From: Vulcanimicrobiota bacterium
GTDB taxonomy: Bacteria > Vulcanimicrobiota > Vulcanimicrobiia > Vulcanimicrobiales > Vulcanimicrobiaceae
Direction: 5' to 3'
NCBI GenBank assembly: GCA_963812155.1
Contig: CAWETW010000003.1
Location: forward strand, 96,001-160,000
Length of the DNA stretch: 64,000 nucleotides
In this document: positions 28,898 to 37,839 of the stretch, in pieces
Layout of the letters: every line of letters begins with the position of its first letter
Position numbering within the stretch: position 1 is the first letter of the stretch
Position numbers and translations under genes: made by a program
Notes under the pieces: generated by a model
Told to the model about the DNA's origin: nothing
Database searches by the model: none
The model's input: only the letters and a program-made list of their open reading frames with translations

Positions 28898-30052
28898 CTA
28901 ATACTTCCACGGGCCGGGGAAAGCTACTGTTACGGCGCCTCCGAGGGTGGGATGCTGATCGGGAGCGCCGATCGGGGCGACCTCCTGAAGCAGGAACCTA
29001 AACGGTGCGATCATCACGGCACCGTAGTAGACGAAATCGCGGGTGACGATCGGGTTCGCCTGCGCATCGTACCGAACGCCGAGATACGCGTGCGGAATGG
29101 GATAGACTTTGAAGCGCACGTAACCTCCGCTCGACGCTTGCCTCGTCCCGAAGCCGTCGGCGTTGCTGTCGTTGCCCCACCACTGCTCGGCTTGAAGATC
29201 GACCGGTCCGAGGGTCGCGTGCCCGAGCAATCCATACCGCGAGTACGTGTCGTTGAAAGCGGTGCTTCCGGTCGGCAAGATGTGTCGCACGCCTTCAAGC
29301 GCCTCACCGCCGCCGTCTAACTCGATGCTCCCCTTGGAAAAGAGGCCTTGATTGAGCCAGACGCCGACTTCCGGCGTCGAAACGTAGGTCGTCAAGCCCG
29401 TGTTCACCGGCTTGCCCCCGTAGGGCGCGCCCTGAAAGTCGCCGACGGCGAACGTCAGATTGGCGACGAGATTTCCAATCGTTCGCTGATCCCACACGCC
29501 CCATCGCGGCGACGACAACGGCAAATCGTTGAGTCCGACGTGCGCGCCGTAGTACCCGTACTGTTGCAGGTCGTCGAGGCGCTCGCCCGGCGACTGCGCG
29601 AGCGGCAGTTCGAACAACCCGAGCCGATATTCGGATTTCGTATGTGCATTGTAGTCGGTGAGAAATCCGAGATAGAGCGCGCTCGGACCGCCGCCCGCAC
29701 CGAGGCTGTAGTGCATGTAGAGCGAAATGTTGCCGACGTCGGTATTACCCAGCAAGATGCCGCCGGGCGTCCAACGCCGGGTTCCGGCAGCGGGATCCTG
29801 CGCGTACGACATTTGATAGCGAATCGCGAACATCGTCGTGCCGTGCTTTTCGATGGGAAGCCGGTACCCGTGCATGCGGAAGTAGTTGCCGAATCCGTTG
29901 AGCTCCGGCAAGACGCTGTGGCAGGCACCGCAGTGCAGCCGATAGCGCTGAGCGAAGACCGGAATCGCGCGAGCGGGCGCGGAGCAGAGGGCCGAAAACA
30001 ATATCGCCGCGACGAGCGCGGCGATCGCGAGGCGCGATTCTCTATTGTGCAA
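28898..30052 (-). CDS. Cyc2-like monoheme cytochrome c - beta-barrel porin fusion
   Basis: Signal peptide, then AIPVFAQRYRLH-CGACH-SVLPELNGFGNYFRMHGY (AxPxFAxx, CxxCH, PxL, FG..F...GY pattern of Cyc2), followed by amphipathic, aromatic-rich beta strands. Confidence 0.75.
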   Translation of the reverse strand: MHNRESRLAIAALVAAILFSALCSAPARAIPVFAQRYRLHCGACHSVLPELNGFGNYFRMHGYRLPIEKHGTTMFAIRYQMSYAQDPAAGTRRWTPGGILLGNTDVGNISLYMHYSLGAGGGPSALYLGFLTDYNAHTKSEYRLGLFELPLAQSPGERLDDLQQYGYYGAHVGLNDLPLSSPRWGVWDQRTIGNLVANLTFAVGDFQGAPYGGKPVNTGLTTYVSTPEVGVWLNQGLFSKGSIELDGGGEALEGVRHILPTGSTAFNDTYSRYGLLGHATLGPVDLQAEQWWGNDSNADGFGTRQASSGGYVRFKVYPIPHAYLGVRYDAQANPIVTRDFVYYGAVMIAPFRFLLQEVAPIGAPDQHPTLGGAVTVAFPGPWKY

Positions 30053-30530
30053 CGATGGCTCCTCGCATGGGTGCACCGTAGTGGTAGAAGCAGCCGTAGA
30101 GATAGGTGCCGGGCTTATCGACCTTGACCGTTTGCGATGACTCCCCCGCCTGCATCGCGCCGCTGGTCCAGCCGCCCGACAGTGTCGTTCCGGTCTGGTT
30201 CAAAGCCTTACCGCTAAACGGGTAGGCGTTCGGGAATTGCGTCTCGTTTTTACTTTGCCCCGGCGTAATCGATGTGGAAGTATGAGCGAATCCGTCGCTG
30301 TTCATGAACGTCACCGTGTCGTCGACCTTGACGTCCAGGACGGGCGGCTTCATGCCGCCGCTTTGGCCGTAGGGCGTTTGAACCGGAGCGTTCAGCGTAA
30401 GGTTGACGTCGACCACGTGATTGACGCCGGAAGAGCCGCCGCCGCCTCCGCCCGAGACGCCGATGCCGTTGGGCGTGCAGCCCGCGGCCAGCACGGCTGC
30501 GACGAACGTTGCGAGCAACGTGCGCGTCAT
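30042..30530 (-). CDS. Cupredoxin (type-1 copper) lipoprotein
   Basis: Lipobox LAAGC; DTVTFMNSDGFAHTS; KPGTYLYGCFYHYGAPMRGAIV (C-x2-H-x4-M). Confidence 0.88.
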   Translation of the reverse strand: MTRTLLATFVAAVLAAGCTPNGIGVSGGGGGGSSGVNHVVDVNLTLNAPVQTPYGQSGGMKPPVLDVKVDDTVTFMNSDGFAHTSTSITPGQSKNETQFPNAYPFSGKALNQTGTTLSGGWTSGAMQAGESSQTVKVDKPGTYLYGCFYHYGAPMRGAIVAQ

Positions 30531-31093
30531 CGGCCCACTCTGTGCGGCGTCATCGCGTGCGCTTCGGCGAGAATATCGCTTGTGAGATTGTTGGATGCCA
30601 GCAGCGTTTTCGTCAGCGTGCCGCGCGCGTCGAAGACGTAGACGAACGTCGTGTGCGCTTCGCGATAACCGCTCTTCCCCGGTTTGGCGATCACGCCGAA
30701 CGCGTTGAGAACGTCGTTGACGTCGGGGCTATGCCCGCTGGCGACCAACCAATAGCGAGAATTTGCGGAGAAGCGTTGCGCCAACGCCCGCATGACGCTC
30801 GGCGGGTCGTGCTGCGGATCGAGCGTGATCGTTAACAGTCGCGTCGAGAGCGCCTGGTGCGCGATCTCCGACGCGGCTTGTGAGAACTCCGCGTTGACCA
30901 ACGGACACGCATCGCTGCAATGCGCCGACACGAACGTCACGATAAGCGGGCGCCCTTCGAGCGAGCGCAGCGTGAACGTCCTTCCGGTCTGGTCGACCAG
31001 TTGCGGCGTCGCCGGCGGCGCCGGCGCTGCCGTCGCCGGAGCGACGTGCAGCGCGGCAATAAACGCCAGCATTCCTAGGAGCATGGGACGCAT
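30527..31093 (-). CDS. SCO1/SenC-family copper chaperone
   Basis: LVDQTGR, HCSDACP (CxxxC), ITLDPQHD, conserved His in AHTTFVYVFD. Confidence 0.9.
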   Translation of the reverse strand: MRPMLLGMLAFIAALHVAPATAAPAPPATPQLVDQTGRTFTLRSLEGRPLIVTFVSAHCSDACPLVNAEFSQAASEIAHQALSTRLLTITLDPQHDPPSVMRALAQRFSANSRYWLVASGHSPDVNDVLNAFGVIAKPGKSGYREAHTTFVYVFDARGTLTKTLLASNNLTSDILAEAHAMTPHRVGR

Positions 31094-31665
31094 CAGCGGA
31101 CGAACGTCGGCCCCGGCGTGGCCTTGGCGGCAACGCGGATGACGTCTTGCATTCCTTCGTGATAATGGAAGGCGCATCCGATGAGGTACGTTCCCTTATC
31201 CGAAAGCGTCACCGTCACCGATTTTCCGGGACCGATGGATCCGCTGGCGTAGCCGAGACCGAGGATCCCATTACCCATCGGCTGAGTCGAGAGCGTCGGA
31301 TTCTTCGGGAAATTCGCCGGCGGATGCTTCCGCTTGGCTACGACGTTGAGCGTATGCGAGTAGAGTTTGGAGAGGTTCTTGATCGTTACTACCGTGCCGG
31401 GTGGAAACGCGAGCACTTGCGCCGTCGTCGATTGCGTGAAACCGCCGACGAGTCCCCACGACGGGTCTTGCTTCGTCTTGACGCCTTCACTGGGCAGTTC
31501 TTCGCCGATCGTTTTGGCCGGCAGCGTGAAATGCAGTTCGGTTTGCGGGCCGAGCGATTGTACGAACGATGTTGCGGGAGTAGCGTTCGACGGCATGTTG
31601 CCGCCGCCGCACGCCGCCAGGGCGCACGCGATGACCGCCAACGCGGCGCCACCGGATTTTGTCAT
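31093..31665 (-). CDS. Cupredoxin-like lipoprotein (paralog A)
   Basis: Lipobox LAACGG; HTLNV; GTYLIGCAFHYHEGM; GAGGAG RBS. Confidence 0.8.
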   Translation of the reverse strand: MTKSGGAALAVIACALAACGGGNMPSNATPATSFVQSLGPQTELHFTLPAKTIGEELPSEGVKTKQDPSWGLVGGFTQSTTAQVLAFPPGTVVTIKNLSKLYSHTLNVVAKRKHPPANFPKNPTLSTQPMGNGILGLGYASGSIGPGKSVTVTLSDKGTYLIGCAFHYHEGMQDVIRVAAKATPGPTFVR

Positions 31666-31751
31666 AGGATGATTCTCCTCGAGTAGTGAGGGTGCGTGAT
31701 TGAGCGACGGTAGCAAGCGTTCGTGAAGAAAGTCTAAACCGAGTACGCGTT

Positions 31752-32405
31752 TTAGTAACTGTAGCCGGTCGGATAACCGCTCGGGCTCGGTCCGGTCGAA
31801 GGCGTTGCCGTTCCCTTGGGCGGCGGCGACGCTTCTTTTCCTGGAACGGCACCTTTCTTCACGACGAGCACGTCCTTCATGCCCTCGGAGTAGTGGAACG
31901 CACAGCCGATCAGGTACGTGCCGGCGTCCTTGAGCGTAATCGTCACCGAATGGCCGGGTTGTATCACGCCGCTGCGATAACCGGTGCCCATGATGCCCTT
32001 CCCGTTCGGACTCGTCAGAAGGTTCGGCTTACTGGGAAAATGCGCGGGCGGGCCTTTGATCTCCGCAACGACGTTGAGCGTGTGCGGCGTCGTTTTCGAA
32101 AGATTGCGCAACGTAATTTTCGTGCCGGGTGGAAAACCGAGCGTTTGCGAATATTGCTTTTGCGTAAATCCGCCGATCGTGGCTTTCCAGAACGGCGACT
32201 TGAACGTTCCAAGACCGGCGCTTGGAAGCTCTTCGCCGACCGTTTTCGGGGGAAGAATGGCTTGGACGGCGATGTCGGGTTCGAATGCCGGCAGCGTCAC
32301 ATTGCCTGCAGCTGGTACAACGCCGGCTCCGCCACCGCGCGTTGCGCAGGCGGCGAGGACGCCGGCCGCGACGATGGCGGCGAAGGCTATGTGCTTATTG
32401 ACCAT
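31752..32405 (-). CDS. Cupredoxin-like lipoprotein (paralog B)
   Basis: Lipobox LAACA; HTLNV; GTYLIGCAFHYSEGM; shares GEELPS, GGFTQ and FPPGT with paralog A. Confidence 0.8.
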   Translation of the reverse strand: MVNKHIAFAAIVAAGVLAACATRGGGAGVVPAAGNVTLPAFEPDIAVQAILPPKTVGEELPSAGLGTFKSPFWKATIGGFTQKQYSQTLGFPPGTKITLRNLSKTTPHTLNVVAEIKGPPAHFPSKPNLLTSPNGKGIMGTGYRSGVIQPGHSVTITLKDAGTYLIGCAFHYSEGMKDVLVVKKGAVPGKEASPPPKGTATPSTGPSPSGYPTGYSY

Positions 32406-32456
32406 GGGTACACCTCTTTCTTCTGCTCGACGCTATCGCGCCGGCATGAATAAAGA

Positions 32457-33263
32457 TTAAATCCGGATGGAATCGCGCATTGCGGTGGCCAGATTCTGCA
32501 GCGCCGGGTCGGTCGCGTCGCGCGACGCCTGCACGAACGCCTCGCGAGCTTCCGCGCGCCTGCCTTGCTTGAGAAGCAAAGCACCCAAGGCAAGTTGAGC
32601 GCGCGCGTAGGTCGGGGCCAAGACGAGCGCGCTGCGCAGCTCGCGTTCGGCTGCGGCGGCGTTGCCGAGGCGTTCTTCGGCAAGTGCGAGGTCGTAGTGC
32701 GCGACGGCATATGCGGGATTCGCGCGCAGGAGCTTTCCGAAGTCGTCGCGCGCCGTGCGGGCGTCGCCGGCGCGCAGCGCGACGATGCCGCGGGAATAGA
32801 GGGCCCGGGCCGATTCCGGATCGAGCGCGACGTAACGGTCGGCAACGGCGCGCGCCTCGTTGACGTCCCCGCGCGCGAGGTCGACGGCGACCAGATTTGC
32901 CATGGCCGCGAGAAATCCGGGATCGAGGGCGATCGCTGCCCGCAAATTGCGCGCGGCATCGTCGTAACGGCCCAAATTGGCATACGCGACGGCCGCGTCA
33001 TAGCGCGCCGTGGACCCCTTGGGCTCGGGTGGATTCAGCGACACGACTCGCTCGAACTCGGCGGCCGCGGCGGCAAACTTTCCCGCCGAAAAAGCCTCGA
33101 GCCCAAGGCGGAAGCGCTCTTCGATCTCCCGCGAGACCGCCATTTCTCGCAGCGCCGGCACGGACGTGGTCCGCGGAACGGGCGTCTGCATCGGGTATGT
33201 TTGGGCAAATGACCTCGCGGTCGTGAGCCCGCCCGCGAGCAAAAGGAGAAGCGCAACCCGCAT
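32457..33263 (-). CDS. Secreted TPR-repeat protein
   Basis: Signal peptide plus about 6 TPR-like repeats (A..LDP, YAVAHYDLA). Confidence 0.85.
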   Translation of the reverse strand: MRVALLLLLAGGLTTARSFAQTYPMQTPVPRTTSVPALREMAVSREIEERFRLGLEAFSAGKFAAAAAEFERVVSLNPPEPKGSTARYDAAVAYANLGRYDDAARNLRAAIALDPGFLAAMANLVAVDLARGDVNEARAVADRYVALDPESARALYSRGIVALRAGDARTARDDFGKLLRANPAYAVAHYDLALAEERLGNAAAAERELRSALVLAPTYARAQLALGALLLKQGRRAEAREAFVQASRDATDPALQNLATAMRDSIRI

Positions 33264-33272
33264 TGCTTATTT

Positions 33273-33530
33273 CTAGGGCGTGTGAGGACCGGACGGCAGC
33301 TCCGCGGCGCGCCATTCCGCAGCCCCGGCGGCGCGTTCGGGGCGGCACTCCCAGCCCTTGCGGCCGGCCGAAGTGATCGGACCGAGCAGCAGGGGCGATT
33401 CGGACGCGACGATCTGCCCCGCAAGCAGGTCTTCGAGGGAGCCGGCGCGTGCCAGAGCGGCCGCACCGCAGCTTAATGCGCCTGCCAGGAGAACCGCTCC
33501 GAGCAGCCGCCGCACCAAGGCGCTTGACAT
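33273..33530 (-). CDS. Small exported hypothetical protein
   Basis: Signal-like N-terminus; TATAAT 8 nt upstream of the ATG. Confidence 0.45.
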   Translation of the reverse strand: MSSALVRRLLGAVLLAGALSCGAAALARAGSLEDLLAGQIVASESPLLLGPITSAGRKGWECRPERAAGAAEWRAAELPSGPHTP

Positions 33531-33564
33531 CGGTTTCAATTATAGCCGAAGTTCTAAGGAATCC

Positions 33565-35406
33565 GTGAATCGCACCGGCATTTTCGCAACGGTCCTGCTG
33601 GCGTGCTCTCTGCCGGCGGTCTCTGCCGGAGCGCAGACGGCTCTGGTGGTCGGCTCCGTGAGGGATCAGCACGGGGCTGCCGTCGCGCGCGCCGCCGTGA
33701 CCGCCTACGACCGATCGGGCGCTCGACTTGGCGCCGCCACGACCGACGCCGCGGGCACCTTTGCGCTCGCGGCCGATGGGGCCGTACGGCTCGCCATTGC
33801 GTGCCGGTATTGCCTGCCGGTCGCACTTCCGGTCCAAGAGGGCCAGCCCGCGGTGGCCATCGTACGTCGCTTCGACGCGCTCTTCGACGACTCGCCGTCA
33901 CCCGGGGATCTCGCGAATCTGCCGTACGCGCACGTCGAGTCGGCCGTGGCGCTGCGTCCGTTTGCGCTGCTGCGTCAAACGACGACCGGAGTGCCCGGTT
34001 CGCAACTGAGCGATCGCGGCTTCTCCCCGAGCGATGCGCTGCTGATCGACGCCGGCGTTCCCAACTACGACTTCGCGGACGGAACCTCGCCGTACACGAC
34101 GATTCCGCAAGCCTACCAGCAGAGCGGCACCATCGCTCCGCCGGAAGACGCGTTCACGTACGGGGACCGCGCCGGTTCGGGCATCGTGACGCTGGATCCG
34201 TTCGGCGACGGCAACGCGGGCGCGGCGTTGACCGGCGGCGATCAAACGCTCCGGCTCGAAGCCGGCTCCGATTTCGCGCGCCTCGTCGCCGCAACGTACA
34301 GCAACGCATCGGAGTCGCGACAGCGCGCCGACGCCGCCCTTGCGGTGCCGCTTTCAACCGCGCAGACGCTGTCGTTCTCGGGGGGCACGTCGCAGGGTCG
34401 CGAGTACGGCGATCCGGCGTCGGCGCTCGACTCGAGCTTCAGTTTCGCGCGCGCGTCGTTCGCCGACGTGCAGCCGAACGCGAACCTTTACGCAAACTAC
34501 GTCGCCGATCGCGGCGGTTACGGCGCGGCGCTCGAGGGAACGACGCTTTCCGACGTGTGGTCGGATTCGAACTTCACGGTGGGCGCGCGTTCGCGCGGTC
34601 CCGTCTCGATCTTCGCCGATGCGTCGGATCGCCTGTCAACCGGCATTTACGACGATTCCTCGTATGGTATCGCGCGCATTGCCGGGACGCTGACCCAGAC
34701 GCGCTTCGATGCCGGCATCGATGCGAGCGGCAACGACGTCGACGTCCGGGCCGGCATCGGCTGGTTCGGCGTCGGGTTCACCGGCGGATCGTACGGCACG
34801 TCGGTGCCGTCCAACGCGCAGCTCGCGACGCCGTCGATTCTCGTGCGGCTCTTCCCCGATTCGAAATGGAGCGCGAACGTCGGCGCGAGCGGATCGTTTA
34901 CCCTGCCGAACCTGTGGCAACAGTACGCACCGGACGGCGGATACGACGGCTTGGTGTACGATCGCAACGCGCTGTATGCGGCGACGCTCGCGTACACCGA
35001 TAACGCACGCTTGCGCGTAGCGGTCGAAGGCGCATCGCAGCACGTTGCGGGATTCACCAACGGGACGGTCACGTCGGCCGGCGCCTCGGTGGCGTGGCAG
35101 ATTGCGCCGGCGATTTCGATGCGCGCGTGGACGATGCACGTCGACGATACCACGGTCGCGCCGGTGCCGAATCCGTTTTATCCGGCCGGATCGCCGGCAA
35201 CGGTCAATGCATTTTGGCTGACGTACGACAACGCCGCTTTGCGCGTCGACGCAATCTATCGCCGCGATGTGCTCAACGGTGCACCGTTCGAACATATCGA
35301 CGGCGACGTTTCAGGGCCGATTAACGGGCGATTGCGGTGGTACGCCGGCGTTGAAGATCGCCAGCGCACCACCTATCTCGACGTGGGTCTACGGTTTAAC
35401 CCTTAG
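33565..35406 (+). CDS. Outer-membrane TonB-dependent-receptor-like protein with N-terminal carboxypeptidase-regulatory-like domain
   Basis: Signal peptide; VVGSVRDQHGAAV...TTDAAGTF; plug-like LLIDAGVP...YGDRAGSGIV; beta-strand C-terminus ending TYLDVGLRF. Confidence 0.65.
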   Translation: MNRTGIFATVLLACSLPAVSAGAQTALVVGSVRDQHGAAVARAAVTAYDRSGARLGAATTDAAGTFALAADGAVRLAIACRYCLPVALPVQEGQPAVAIVRRFDALFDDSPSPGDLANLPYAHVESAVALRPFALLRQTTTGVPGSQLSDRGFSPSDALLIDAGVPNYDFADGTSPYTTIPQAYQQSGTIAPPEDAFTYGDRAGSGIVTLDPFGDGNAGAALTGGDQTLRLEAGSDFARLVAATYSNASESRQRADAALAVPLSTAQTLSFSGGTSQGREYGDPASALDSSFSFARASFADVQPNANLYANYVADRGGYGAALEGTTLSDVWSDSNFTVGARSRGPVSIFADASDRLSTGIYDDSSYGIARIAGTLTQTRFDAGIDASGNDVDVRAGIGWFGVGFTGGSYGTSVPSNAQLATPSILVRLFPDSKWSANVGASGSFTLPNLWQQYAPDGGYDGLVYDRNALYAATLAYTDNARLRVAVEGASQHVAGFTNGTVTSAGASVAWQIAPAISMRAWTMHVDDTTVAPVPNPFYPAGSPATVNAFWLTYDNAALRVDAIYRRDVLNGAPFEHIDGDVSGPINGRLRWYAGVEDRQRTTYLDVGLRFNP

Positions 35407-37730
35407 CCCTCGCGGCGGCCCTGGGGGCGCCTGCGCCGGCGCATTGGCGGAGCGCCGGGCGCGTCGGCCGCATATTCGGCCGGCGGTTCGGCGGGCGGTT
35501 CGGTAGGCCGTTCCACGGGCGCGCGCGGCGGCCGGCGCGGCCCGCGATCGCCGCCGCGGTCTCCACCGCGATCGCCGCCGCGGTCTCCACCGCGATCGCT
35601 GCTGCCGTTGCTCGAACCACCCAGAACGGCCTTGTGCGAGAGATTGAGGCGGCCTTGGCCGTCGATTTCCATCACCTTCACGGTGATCTCGTCGCCGACG
35701 TTGGCCACGTCCTCGACGCGTTCGACGCGCTGCGGCGCGAGTTGGCTGATGTGCACGAGCCCTTCCTTGCCGGGAAGAATCTGCACGAACGCACCGATCG
35801 GAATGACGCGCGTGACTTTGCCCGTGTAGACATCGCCGACGACGACCTCTTTGGTGAGATTTTCGACGATTTGCTTCGCCTTGTCACCGGCTTCGCCGTC
35901 GAGCGAGGTGATGTACACCGAACCGTCGTCCTCGATGTCGATCTTGGTGACGCCGGTGTCGGCGATGATCTTGTTGATCACTTTGCCGCCTGGACCGATG
36001 ACGTCCTTGATCTTCGCCGGATCGATCTTCATCACGATCATTCGCGGCGCGTACTGCGAGAGTTCCGCGCGCGGCGCGGCGATCGTTTCGGCAAGTTTGT
36101 CGATGATGAAGTAGCGCGATTTCTTCGCCGCGGCCATGGCCTCGCGCATGATCTTCAGCGTGATGCCCTGGACTTTGATGTCCATCTGAATCGCGGTGAT
36201 GCCGCGCTTGGTGCCGGCCACCTTGAAATCCATCTCGCCGAGCGCGTCTTCGAGGCCCTGAATGTCGGTGAGGATCGCGTACTTGTCGCCTTTGAGAATC
36301 AATCCCATTGCAACGCCGGCCACGTGACTGCTGATCGGAACGCCGGCATCCATCAGCGCCAGCGTCGAACCGCAGACCGAGGCCATCGACGACGAGCCGT
36401 TCGACTCCAGCACTTCGCTCATCAGGCGCATGGCGTACGGGAACTCGTCCTTGGGCGGAAGCACCGGCAGAAGTGCGCGTTCGGCCAAGGCGCCGTGGCC
36501 GATTTCGCGCCGGCCCGGGCCGCGCATCGGACGCGTTTCGCCGACCGAATATGGTGGGAAGTTGTAAAAGTGCATGTAGCGCTTGTCTTCGAGCGCTACG
36601 ATGCCGTCGAGCCGCTGGGCGTCGCTCGACGAACCCAGCGTGGCGGCCGTAAAGACCTGCGTCTGACCGCGCGTGAAAACACCCGAACCGTGAACGCGCG
36701 GCACGTAATGCACTTTCGTCCAAATCGGCCGGATTTCGTCGGCTTTGCGGCCGTCGGGACGAATCTTCTCGTCGACGACCATCGTGCGCAACTCGTCCTC
36801 TTCCATCGCCTTGACGATTTTGTCGAACGCTTTGGAAGCGCCCGGCTCCTCGAGCATCGTCCGCACGTCGGCGTCTTTCTTACCGCAGCGCGTCAGCGCT
36901 TCGTCGACGCCGAGCAGCGCGAAGGCGCGCTCGCGTTCGCCCTTGTCGACGACGCGCATTGCCTTGGCGACGTCCTTGGCGAAATTCTTGCGCACCCACT
37001 TCTCGAGGTCTGCGTTGACCTTTTGAACGGGGTACTCGCGCTTTTTCTTGCCGCACTTTTTGGCGAGCTGGTCGATCGCTTTGACGATGCGTTTGATTTC
37101 ACCGTGTGCGAACTCGACCGCGCCGAGGAAATCCTCCTCGTCGATCTCGTTGCCGCCGCCTTCGACCATCATCACGGCGTCGGCGGTGCCGGCGACGACG
37201 ACTTCCATGCCGCCGGTTTCATATTGCGCGAGCGTCGGGTTTGCGATGAATGCGCCGTCCTCGTCGCGACCGACGCGAATCGCCGCGACGGTTTTGTCGA
37301 ACGGAATGTCGCTGAGCGCGAGCGCGGCACCGGCCGCGCAGACGCCGAGCACGTCCGCATCGAGTTCCGGATCGATCGAAAGTACGGTCGCGACGACTTG
37401 AACGTCGTTGCGGAATCCGTCGGGAAAGAGCGGACGAATCGGCCGGTCGATTTGCCGCGAACTGAGCACGGCATGTTCGCTCGGACGGCCTTCACGCTTG
37501 ATAAAACCGCCGGGTATTTTTCCGGCGGCGAACATCTTTTCTTCGAAGTCGCAGGTGAGTGGGAACCAGTCGATGCCTTCGCGCGGTTTGGCGGAGGCGG
37601 TGACGGCGCAGAGCACGACGTTCTGGTCGCCATAACGAACGAGCGCAGAGCCATTGGCTTGCTTCGCAAGTTCGCCGGTTTCGATGACCATCGTGCGCCC
37701 GCCGACCTCAAGGGTCACGGAATCGGGCAC
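35403..37730 (-). CDS. pnp: Polyribonucleotide nucleotidyltransferase (PNPase)
   Basis: IETGELAKQANG, AGKIPGGFIKREGRP, FTRGQTQ, ESNGSSSMASVC, GEMDFKVAGT, KH and S1 domains; AGGAGA RBS before the GTG. Confidence 0.98.
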   Translation of the reverse strand: MPDSVTLEVGGRTMVIETGELAKQANGSALVRYGDQNVVLCAVTASAKPREGIDWFPLTCDFEEKMFAAGKIPGGFIKREGRPSEHAVLSSRQIDRPIRPLFPDGFRNDVQVVATVLSIDPELDADVLGVCAAGAALALSDIPFDKTVAAIRVGRDEDGAFIANPTLAQYETGGMEVVVAGTADAVMMVEGGGNEIDEEDFLGAVEFAHGEIKRIVKAIDQLAKKCGKKKREYPVQKVNADLEKWVRKNFAKDVAKAMRVVDKGERERAFALLGVDEALTRCGKKDADVRTMLEEPGASKAFDKIVKAMEEDELRTMVVDEKIRPDGRKADEIRPIWTKVHYVPRVHGSGVFTRGQTQVFTAATLGSSSDAQRLDGIVALEDKRYMHFYNFPPYSVGETRPMRGPGRREIGHGALAERALLPVLPPKDEFPYAMRLMSEVLESNGSSSMASVCGSTLALMDAGVPISSHVAGVAMGLILKGDKYAILTDIQGLEDALGEMDFKVAGTKRGITAIQMDIKVQGITLKIMREAMAAAKKSRYFIIDKLAETIAAPRAELSQYAPRMIVMKIDPAKIKDVIGPGGKVINKIIADTGVTKIDIEDDGSVYITSLDGEAGDKAKQIVENLTKEVVVGDVYTGKVTRVIPIGAFVQILPGKEGLVHISQLAPQRVERVEDVANVGDEITVKVMEIDGQGRLNLSHKAVLGGSSNGSSDRGGDRGGDRGGDRGGDRGPRRPPRAPVERPTEPPAEPPAEYAADAPGAPPMRRRRRPQGRREG
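35542..35599. repeat. 24-bp tandem repeat (2.4 copies) encoding the (DRGG)4 tail of PNPase
   Basis: CCGCGATCGCCGCCGCGGTCTCCA at 35542 and 35566, partial copy at 35590. Confidence 0.85.
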
Positions 37731-37839
37731 GGTATCTCCTAATGCTTTCGCTTTACTTTTTGTTAACTCGCCGCAATTCGGGAACTGCGCGAATCCGACC
37801 TTCCGGAGGAGAGCGCCGCCGGCGTCAAAATGACGGCGC

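Noticed and set aside
35634..37742. 702-aa plus-strand ORF, and similar long antisense ORFs such as 25962..27455, 37825..39681 and 49662..51512
   Set aside because: These are shadow frames opposite well-supported genes, expected with high-GC codon bias, and carry no motifs.
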